Assembly (NCBI GenBank): GCA_964016885.1
Contig: OZ024746.1
Location: 65,472,001 to 65,536,000, forward strand
Direction: 5' to 3'
Source of the DNA: Eledone cirrhosa
Taxonomy: Eukaryota
DNA: 64,000 nucleotides
Shown: positions 53,191 through 64,000 of the stretch, in pieces
Numbering within the stretch: the stretch's first letter is position 1
How the letters are laid out: each line of letters opens with the position of its first letter
Program-made: the position numbers and the translations under genes
Notes under the pieces: model-generated
Seen by the model: only the letters and a program-made list of their open reading frames with translations
Databases searched by the model: none
Told to the model about the DNA's origin: nothing

Positions 53191-54598
53191 ATAAACCTAA
53201 TTAAACATTCTAAATAGCAACTCACTATAGTTATATGTGACATACCATTTGTTTGTATCCCCTTCCCCTAATTATACGCCTTCCTGTTTATTTTTTTTAT
53301 TTTTTAACCTTTTAATTTTTTAGCTTCCACAGATTCATGCGTTACCGACTAAGGGCATCAAGGTACATAACCACCTGTAATTGCATGGGTATATATGTAT
53401 CTTTGTATGTATGATAAGAGAATATATATATATATATATGTATGTGTATATGTGGGTATATGTGTATGTGTGCGTATATGTGTATGTACATGTATGTGTG
53501 TGTACATGTATATATATGTATGTATAAGTGTGTATATATATATTTATATATATATATGTGTGTTTGTGTGCGTGTATGTATATGTTTATATTTATGTATG
53601 CGTATGTATGTTTTTAATGGAGTGTAAATGTAATTATACCTCTATCTATATATGTGAATATATGTACTGTTGTGATCTAAGAAAATTATGCCTTTTGACT
53701 ATATGTCAACATGCATTTATCTGAGTTTGATTACTTATACATAGACCCACTTGAAAATATTTACTATTTTATATTTTATGATGCATCATACGCTATATTA
53801 TACTATATACAATGTACCATACTGTACGATATAATATTACATTATATTATATTATTATATTATTATATTTTATTATCTTATAATTTTCATCTTTTAATAT
53901 ACTATCCTTCCTAGTTATGACCATTGCTTTACCTATCTATATTTATCCTAGTTATTTCTGTATATTTTATATTTACTTATTTATATTCACCTAAAAATTC
54001 CATACAACACAACTCAACATTTAATTTTTACATTCCTTTTTAAACCATCTACATTCCACTATCAATATAGCAATCCCTTTTCTTCATAGGTTCTTCATAG
54101 TAATTCTATTTTTAACACCATTCAACCATTCCTTTCAAAGGGTCATGACCTCAACTAAAGTGAGTTATATTTCATCTTAACATCATATGGCAAAAAACCA
54201 TTTGATTGGTTTGTTCTTCAGCTACCTCCAAATAAGGTCATAGAACTCAATTTACTATTGATTTTGAATAAAATTTTCTTTGCTTTTGACAACGGTTAAT
54301 AATATATACGTGGGTAAATATATTCCTTATTTAATATTTTATAACTAACCCTACATAGATTAATAACGAAATATGCATACGATGTATTATTATCACCTAG
54401 AAACGATCGTAAAGCAGTGAAATATATTTCTAATGACTTGAATTTTTATTTCATTGTTTTAACTTATATCATGACTCTGTTTTCCTTTTGATGTTTTATT
54501 GTTTTCCGGGATTTATTTTAACCTACAACATTTTCAACATATGGATTACATTGAGTTCTTCATGCAGACTAGACCCCACAACTAACCGTGGATATTTC

Positions 54599-54648
<50 letters not shown>

Positions 54649-55498
54649 GAGAGAGAGAGATAGAGAGATAGGTAGATAGATAGATAGATAGATACATATG
54701 TGTACATACATATATACACTCACCATGATTTTCTAAGAGCATCGAAATAATTATATTGTGAAAACAAATAACATTATATGCTGTGTATAAACATACAATG
54801 GCGAGTTTCTGAATACCTGGATCTGTATTATCGATATGTCCAACCTATTCATGAATTCATACATTTCCTCAGATTTCTACTATCACTATTTGTAGCTGGT
54901 GACAATGAAAATTAATCAAAGTGTAATTGGTATCCAATGCTGGATAGAAATTCAGACATCTGAATTTCGTTTAAATTGTACATCTATATATTCGTGCTTG
55001 TTTTTCAAGCTGTACATATTCAAGGTGGTCATATATTTGAATCTTTTGCCAATACAATTATTATTAATCTATTAAACTATTCACGATAAATTATTAATTC
55101 TATATTTCGCAAACCTTGTCTAATAGTACTGTATGCAAATTGTTAATAAACAGAGACATTTCCTCAGAATATACAAGTGATTGTAAAACCCCAATCTCAA
55201 TATCTTATAGTCATTTGTAATATCGATGAGGTAGACGTTTAATTCAATTTTATTCGAATATATAAGTACGAGTAATATAGTCGATTGTTACAATTGACTC
55301 ACAATTTCTGAGTAAATTTGCCGTAGGTATAGCTGATTACCCATCTGTATAAGGCCATTTTATTATCATTTGAGACGGCTACCATGTATTCTGTATATCA
55401 TAGAATTCGAAAAATAACGAAAAGGAGTATATATTTTCATTGTACAAACGGTGTAAGGATTCACTTATTACGCACACACACACACACCTACACCTACA

Positions 55499-55532
<34 letters not shown>

Positions 55533-55904
55533 TATGTATATATGTATATATATATATATAAGCAGCGATTCTTTGGTTAAACTTTAATATGTTATTTTAA
55601 TAAATATATATATATATATGTAGGTTTTGAAGTGTAAATTAATTGCGTCCGTAGGCAGTTGCCGGGATAAATATCCAACTACTGTTAGACGCAAGTCTAC
55701 ATGTTAACACATATCTGAGGAGCTTCCTATTCCAGAGTCAGGATCGATCATTAATCGATTGTTCCTCGAGCTGATCGACATTGAAACATATGTAAAAATG
55801 TAATTAAATATGTATATGATGCAACACTAATTCTTTGTTCCCTTATATATAACGGATCTAGCTGTCGAAATGGACGGGACTCAGCCGTCGGGGTCTTTAA
55901 TCTG

Positions 55905-55942
<38 letters not shown>

Positions 55943-56023
55943 TACATATATACATATACGTGTTTTGCAACGGGTCACTTTGTGGCTCAATGAAAATTTA
56001 ATAAATTAAATAATCAGAGCTAT

Positions 56024-56435
56024 ATATCATAAAACATGTCTATAGAATCACAAGATAAAATATATACCATTTCCTCTCCCAATTAGCATAATTAACTATA
56101 TAAAAAATCGAATAGACCAGGCTATAAGAATGAGGCTTCTATGAAGAAATCTCCAACAAATAACTGAAACTAGCCCTTCGCGTCGGCCGCAACGGAATAT
56201 TTATCGAATATTTCGACAGCGTAATCGCCCAGATACAGTCAATTAAACAGAATTAGGTGTAAAATAATGCGGCCGACGTGAAGGGCTAGTTTCGGTTATT
56301 TGTTGGAGATTTCTTCATAGAAGCCTCATTCTTATAGCCTGGTCTATTCGATTTTTTATATAGTTAATTATGCTAATTGGGAGAGGAAATGGTATATATT
56401 TTATCTTGTGATTCTATAGACATGTTTTATGATAT
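56024..56435. repeat. 168-bp near-perfect inverted repeat with 76-bp spacer
   Basis: Arms 56024-56191 and 56268-56435; two mismatches seen by eye. Confidence 0.93.
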
Positions 56436-56436
56436 T

Positions 56437-56473
<37 letters not shown>

Positions 56474-56691
56474 TGTATGTGTGAGCGCACGCCCCACGTT
56501 ATCTCTGTCCCTATTTGTCTGTATATATTCACCCCTTATTTTACGCCATTCTGTAAAACCAATCTAATCTATCTCTCTCGTGTGTGTGTAGGTGTGTGTG
56601 TGGGTGTGTGTGTGTGTGTGTGTGTGTGCGTGTGGGTGTGTGTGTGTGTGTGTGTGCGTGTGTGTGTGCGTGTGTGCGTGTGGGTGTGTGT

Positions 56692-56763
<72 letters not shown>

Positions 56764-57452
56764 CGTGGGCGCGCGTGTGTGTGTGTGTTAAGCAGTACAT
56801 CTGACACCAACCCGATCAACAACATATCGGTTATTTTATGTATTAATGCTTTTTCTGCATAGAACAAAATAAGAAGAAACATGTGATCTTCAGTGCTTTA
56901 GTTAATCATATCGCTTTCGACAACTGTTATAAATATTTCACTGCATTTAATATTACGAATTATGCATCCTTTTATCATTGTAGTATTTCAAGCATGAATA
57001 TCAACAAGTTTAACCTTCTCTAAACACTAGTAAAACATAGGTTTTCAAAGTCCAATCTATAGTTCCTGATGTAAAACTATATACACATTTAAATACTAAA
57101 TTGAAAGTCAAATAGAAATATCTCTTATGTTCTGCAAATGACCTCGTTTATTAAAATTTATTAAAAGCTACATTAATTTTACAATTTAGAATTGGTAATT
57201 TAATTGATTGTTTAATTTAAAAGAGTTATACTTTTCAGATTTCAATCTAAATGAAGATAACCTAAACCCTGTTCAGTGAATTATCTATTGCTTTGGGGGG
57301 TTATAAGCAAAACTTCACATCCTGTTATTATTGAACTTTTAAAAAGAAATAAAGAAACTAAACTAATCAAACTCTAGATACTGAGAGTAATTGAATGCTG
57401 TGTTTGCCAAGAAATAACGCCTGGCAAACTATAGCTTATAGTTACATATTGA

Positions 57453-57825
57453 TCAGTATCGGTAGAGGGTCGAACGCCATGCTTTCCAGCATAGTTACGT
57501 CCCTTTACGATCTGAGTTCAAATCCCGCCGAGGTTTACTTTGCCTTTCATCCTTACGGGGTCGATAAAATAAAAGTACCAGTAATGCACTGGATAAATTG
57601 CTGGTCTTGTACCTAAAGTAGAAACGATATATTAATTATAATTGTTTCTACTTTTGGCAAAAGGCCAGCAATTGCTCCAGTGTATTACTGGTACTTTATT
57701 TTATCGACCCCGTAAGGATGAAAGGCAAAGTTAATCTCTGCCTTTCATTCTTACGGGGTCGATACAATAAAGTACCAGTAATACACTGGGGAAATTGCTG
57801 GCCTTGTGCGAAAAGTAGAAACAAT
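57453..57825. mobile_element. SINE (+, 57453-57627) followed by a palindromic SINE 3'-half dimer (57641-57825)
   Basis: Minus-strand 3' half joined at ttaat (57731-57735) to a plus-strand 3' half. Confidence 0.88.
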
Positions 57826-58200
57826 GCGAGTTCAGTGATTCACGTGTCAGCTATACTATGTTGAGCTTCTATACAAATCACATAATTAGAAAAATGACTA
57901 AGTGTACCGGAATCAGATCAGATACCAGTTGGTTATTTAGTTTACCGATCAAACACCTTTAGTTATTGTAAAATTAAAAATGTGTTGAGAGGAGTTATTA
58001 ATATCCAAATACAGTATTTCGAGCACTTCTGACCTCATATATATTTACACATTTGTATGGTCGCATTCACCAATAAAAACGTATATGGGTTCAATCACAG
58101 ATTTTGTACATGCAACGCACGTCTGATACATATTAGGGCGTTAATTCCATGAAACGTTGTACTTCCTGAAATAAGTATTTTCCTTCTCATGACTGGCCTA

Positions 58201-58299
58201 TCTGCTGGTATGCAAATCTGGCTGATCAGTGGGTCTGATAATATGCAGATCTGACTGAGCAGGCAGTCTGCTAGTATGCAAATCAGGCCGATCTGTCAC
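58201..58299. repeat. 3 x 33-bp degenerate tandem repeat with octamer motifs
   Basis: Units start 58201, 58234, 58267 and carry ATGCAAAT, ATGCAGAT, ATGCAAAT at the same offset. Confidence 0.8.
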
Positions 58300-59504
58300 T
58301 GTATATTTCAGAAAATATCATATATTTTCAGTAGCTCTGACAGTTGGCAGGTAAACCGCATACGGTACCGATGAAGGGTAATCACCCAGAAATATTAGTG
58401 TCTGTCGTTCTGTTTATATGCCAAAACAAGAGCAAAAATGATGAGGTCATTCTACTGACATGGCTTAAAGAGGCTGTTGTCATAATTGCAAACGGATCGA
58501 ATATTATTATCAATATTCGAAAACCTCAGATTACATTTATTGTATTCAGCCATGTAGAGCGATAAAACTATCTAATTGTAAGATGGATTCTCACAGAAAG
58601 CACGAGGCATTTGTTTTTAAACTGACATGATTTAGTTCAATTCTTTACTCATTTCTAATATGCTCTCTTTATAATGTCTGCTACTGAGATTCAAAAACAA
58701 GTATTATATACTTCTATCTAGGTTTTACTCAAATCGAATACATACGAATAATGTAATCGCTCCAATTTCTGATTAAATTGTCGTTTACGTATTTGAATTG
58801 GCACCGCCTCTGCTCTACAAATATCTCTGACATTGCTGTGTTTTCAGTACATACACATAGTCATGTTTACGTGGTGAGTCTCACTGTGTAGTAAAAAAGA
58901 AAAGAGGTAGGCAACAAATTGGCAGAATCAGATAAACGTCCGGCTGGCTCTCTTCGACAGGATCGATGATAAATGCACCAGTCCAGAACCGAGTAGATTC
59001 TTCTTCTTTATCTCTTTCTCATATTCTGTATATCATTCTTTCCCTTCTCTGGAAGAAATCGGCTGTTTAGATATGGAGAGTGTATGACTCTGTCAGGTTT
59101 AAAATGTCCAAGAAACTCAATATGTCACTACGGCACCCTTACAAACCCACCAGCATTAACGGGTCCATCTCTCACTCCTCCCCTCTCTCTATATATATAA
59201 CTGAAAAAAAAATATATATATACACATTAACGAACACTTCTATGTCAAAAGAATAGCATTTTATATTACAACATAAACCACAGTATAGATATAGTAATTG
59301 TTAACTTTCAATCAATTACTATTCCTAGGTATCCGAGTCTGTAACAAGCGTATGTTATAGGCCTTCTAATATATGTGATATTTGCTGAGTAATCGTTCCC
59401 CCATGTAGGATTCGCAACTCGTTAGCCGCTACTGAGATACCAGACATCCACAAGTAAAAAAAAGCAAACCAACTTTCCTCTTGTTATTCTCTTTATCAGG
59501 GTCG

Positions 59505-59690
59505 GTGGATTGGCAGTATCTGTAGAGGGTCGGACGCCATGCTTTGCAGCATAGAGTTACGGCTATTTATTATTTGAGTTCAAATCCCACCTAGGTTAAA
59601 TATGCCTTTCACCCTTACGGGGTCGATAAAATAAAGCACCAGTAATGAACTGGGGTAATTTCTGGCCTGGTGCCAAAGGTAGAAACAATT
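59505..59690 (+). mobile_element. SINE copy
   Basis: SINE consensus. Confidence 0.85.
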
Positions 59691-62479
59691 ATTCTTTTTA
59701 TCACTTATTTTACCAAGAAGGATATAATTATTTACTTCTTTGCTTCATACTTTATCTCTCCAGTCGGTAATTAACGGCATTGATATAGATTTTAACAGAA
59801 AACATTTTAATATATTGTCAATATCAGATTCATTAATGAAAACAATTCATCTTACTCTTTTGAAATTGCTTTCCGCTAAAAATAAGTTTTTCTTCTCATA
59901 GTGTTCTTGAGATGAATATACTGTGTATACTATAAATAATTGCGTATACATTAATTAGCTACAGTACATTTGCCAAGATTGTGGCATTTTTAGCTGTACT
60001 GGCATAAAACGTCCAACATTAAACTTGGTGGAATAGCTATACATTTTCTGAAGATAGTCCATATTATTATCACAAATTGTAAGGCGCAATAGATAACGGT
60101 ATTGGAAGAATGATGGATGAAATGTATTTCACGTTTAATTTATATCGCTTACTTTGTTATATCTAAAACTATTGAAGGGAATGAGATACATTCAATAGAT
60201 GTGTTATTCTGGTGTTATCTCAGTGTCAACGAAAGGACTATAATAGACTTTGATCATGGCATGATTTGAACATCATATATAAAATATAAAATACAATTAT
60301 ATATAGCTGAAACTGGTAAAATAGAGAAACTGATCTTGACTAACGATCTGTCTCTCTTGAGACTGGAATTTACGGGCCCTATCACATAATTAAATGAATG
60401 ATATTTAGTTCTTAGAAACTGCAGTATGCTCAGATGGAGAAAATAAATTTAAATAGCTGAAAAAATGTCGGATAAAACCTCTAATAAGCAGAAGAACTTT
60501 GCCAGTGGCCAGTACGAGGAATCGAACATCATATAACTTAGAATAGTTAAATAGTACTTAAAGTGTAGACAGTGTGAGACATTTCACCTAGGAAATAGAT
60601 AACATCAGGATAAATACGAAACGAAATAAAATAATTTATTCTTAGCCTTTTCATAGTAAAACGCTAGAATTGAAATGGGCTGGTGTTGTTATGTGTAGAC
60701 TAATCAGTTAAACAAATTTTGAGGAATCGACTACGTTGTTATTATGTAAAATAGGAAGACAAATACAATGAATGTGTGTAGTGAGATTTCTTCGTAAAAT
60801 CGTCTTCAAGCTTCGGTTGTAATGGAGTTGTTTGGATCTATGCCTGCATCCATTTTGTCTTTGCTAGATGGGAGTGACATTAACTGAAAAAATGTCTGAT
60901 TTAACATTTAATAAATGTCAATTTTCAAAGATAAATTTGGAAAATTGTTGGGATGGTTTCCGAGTAAAAAGGAATAAATATAATTAGTAGAAAATGGTTT
61001 GTTTTAGCATTTTATTGAGATCATTTAGAGTTCAGTTAAGTGTTTTTCATTCAAAATTGTATAGAGTTCTTTGCATCTTCATTGCACATTCCAATTGCAT
61101 GAGAGATGCATAGATGTTGCATTCGAAGAAAGATTATTGGTTGTATGTTAAGTATTGCTAAAGGAATTGTACCTCCATTTGCTTCTGACACCTTGGATCA
61201 GGTTCACCGTAGATTAAGATATATTTATTTTGCCTGGCTAGTAGGATATAGTTGTTCATTCGTGGTCATTTCTATTATTGTTAAAGGAGAGAGGCTATTG
61301 TTAATGTTTTCTTTTCTAAAAAGGTTTTTCAAACATTATTTGGTTTAGGTTCAGGATCAAAAGAGATCCATTTAAGACAGTGCTTCCTCATATTAAGGGA
61401 AATTGAACTCATCTAACATAAACATAGTACTGTTTATTCACTTATCGTCGCTTACACACCGTCATACTGGATACTATTCTCCTAAAGGCTGGCATGTTTA
61501 CCGCTTTCGGCATATTGAAGCCGTCAGTGTTTGTTGGTCTAAGACAGTTTGTAGTCAATAGACACGGAGCATTGGCATTCAGAAATCACTCTCTCATATA
61601 TCTCTATATTTACGTAGCTATGGAGTGATGGAAAACTAGAACAGTTGAACGCAGTGTCAGAGAACTTGAGCTGTATCTTGCAAAAGCAAAGATAGGAGAT
61701 GAAAATAAATAGAAATGGCGGCTCAGTGCTAAAGCAGATAGATTCACAGCATTAGTATCGATTGTGGAGTCATGATGACTCTCACAGTGTAGCTGGTATT
61801 AATGTTTTTCATGATCACCAAAAATATCATTATGTATATAAATGTTGTTTCATGAAGCAAAGAGTATATCAGTTATGACCTATCTGAGATAATTTGAAGT
61901 TCTTTGATTAATGTAACGGAAATAATATTAACAAAAGAATGCAATCTCTTGGCCCACAGTGTTCATCGTGAAAGCGAGCAAATGGAAACACCGTTTCACA
62001 TCAGATGAAGCTAATTAGCATTTACGTTGAATCCTTGAATGCAAATCTTATTTAGATCAATTGTGTGAAATCCGATGTTGCGGAAAAGGTTACCATTGAA
62101 ATGGTAGGACTTTATATGAAGTATAATCATTGAAAAGAATGCACTACATTGGTAGATTTGGATTAAAGGAAATTTATCTTTCAAAGAGGGTTATATAGTA
62201 TACACAGCACATTCATATTTCGTGTAAAAAAATATCACCTTCCTCCGGCATGTATTATAGAATCTTATGCCATTTATAGATAGCTGTAACGATAGAATTT
62301 GAGCATAAAACTAAAACGAGTTTGCAATAGTGTTAACGTTCATGTACATCTATATATCTCACCTTTTTACATTGGAATGTGACATATGGATATATACATT
62401 CAAATGTATTGTAGCTATGATGAATGTAGAGATAATTGTTTGCATAAGGCCAACAATTTGAAAGGAAGGCGTAAGTTGC

Positions 62480-62645
62480 TTAAATCGCCCCCAGTGCATT
62501 AGTGATGGTTTTTTTCCTCGAACCAAGAAGGATGAGAGGCAACGTTAGCCTCAATGGGATGTGAACGCAGAACGTAAAGGACCGTAACGACGTGAATGCT
62601 GCAAAGCATATTGACAGACGCTGTATCGATACTGCTATCCACCGC
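62480..62645 (-). mobile_element. Decayed SINE copy
   Basis: ccccagtgcattagtg...ggatgagaggcaacgttagcctc...gaacgcagaacgtaaagg...gatactgctatccaccgc. Confidence 0.65.
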
Positions 62646-64000
62646 TCTAAAGATAATACTTTATAATTTCTTCTATCAGAATAAAGTAGCAAATTTCTGG
62701 AGCAGGAGTATAGTCAACTAATTATACACCGGAACATTCTACGGTTATTTCTGTGCGTTTACAAAATCAGTACCAAAAACTAATGTTTTGAAATTCTTTG
62801 AATATATGAGTATATGTGAAAATCGATATTTTGTTCATACGATTTTGTCAAAATATATGGAGGGAATAATACAATGATAAATTATTATTGTTCTGTTGTA
62901 CACAGTATATAACATTCCATAAATAGTAAATATTTTAAAATTAATTACTAAGTCACAGTGACACCAATAGATTAATTTCGTGATAAAAAGAAAACATTAA
63001 AGAGGAATCCAAAATTAATATGACGTTGAAACTAATGTTTTTTTACAAATACTACACGTGCTTCAGACGATTTATGCACATTTCACATTGTAGCAATTTT
63101 AAATCACAATATGTTATTTTCTGTATTACTTCTTTGTTCTGTAAATCATAACAAAAGCATGGGTTGTCCAGTGTAACCACAGGCAACAAATGAAAATGCC
63201 AGTTGATTCCCCCTCTTTCAGTCAGTTAGGATATGCTGCTATCAATATATTTTACATTCGCTAATTTCTGTTGAGTTGTTGACTGTCAAAAATTGATAAC
63301 TAGCGTGGAGCATAAAGGAAATATAATTATAGCACCGTTAATTTGCATTATTATTTCTGGGTGTTGTAAAACCTCATTTGATCGGATTTGTTACTATTAT
63401 TCATGTTTTTATTATAGACGAAAGTGTCCAGCATGTGTAGATGTTTTTTATTGATTGAAAGTCCTAAATTATTTTACTGGACGTAGGTGCAGTGCCTGGT
63501 GAATGCTGTATTATAAAATATTTGAATATGACATGCACTGGATATGTTGCGCAATTCTCCAGAAGAATTGTGAAATATAATTTTATCAGGGACGGGCGGA
63601 TATTAGAGTACATATAACTATTACCGTTTAAAATATTGTACAATAAATCGGAAGAAGATAATTTTTAATATATATGCGGTTAAAAGCCTTAAATAGCTGT
63701 AACATAGCATTTATTACTTAATATAAAAGTTAAAATTTTGTTGCTAATAAATGTGGACGAATTGTCTTCGTGGGAATCAGCATCATAATGTATCTTCAAT
63801 CTTCACGGCAAACTATCACAGATTCCTTCACATTCCTTTTCCAATGAGATTTACATTTTGGGAACAATATGACAAACATACGCATTACTATTTAGATTTC
63901 CATATTTTTTTACGATAGAAATATTAAAGAATTCTTCATAACCGTTTGCGTTTAAATATTTTTACCCCCACCCAATTCAAAATGTCTAACATTTACTGTA

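Noticed and set aside
54125-54160. HHR remnant around agggtcatgacct
   Set aside because: Only a stem II-like hairpin survives; both core motifs are unrecognisable.
55642-55715. Pre-miRNA-like hairpin ttgcgtc...gacgcaa
   Set aside because: Pairing is patchy and I recognise no mature miRNA; no expression data.
60760-61570. Host exon or CR1 endonuclease relic (MLDEFNFP on minus)
   Set aside because: Single weak motif, many stops and no convincing splice structure.

Overview
AT-rich eukaryotic genomic DNA dominated by microsatellites [(TA)n, (CA)n, (GA)n, (TAA)n, (GACA)n] and transposon debris. The SINE families suggest an octopod cephalopod (inference from recalled repeat consensus, not a database hit). 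No host protein-coding exon can be supported, and almost all listed ORFs are microsatellite artefacts. Real content: (i) an apparently intact R4/Dong-clade non-LTR retrotransposon (1130-aa RT plus restriction-like endonuclease, 39179-42571) heading an array of four Dong-type insertions separated by (TAA)n; (ii) Penelope-like element (PLE) remnants and several hammerhead-ribozyme (HHR) motifs, including a direct-repeat pair of type I HHRs 1.25 kb apart (retrozyme-like) and a set of small fold-back elements in (TA)n; (iii) a 1.37-kb internally deleted L1/Tx1-like element with a candidate 20-bp target-site duplication (TSD); (iv) decayed RTE, CRE and CR1-like LINEs, a Helitron-like element, a TTAA MITE and about 20 tRNA-derived SINE copies. 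All pairings and translations were read by eye, so element boundaries are approximate.
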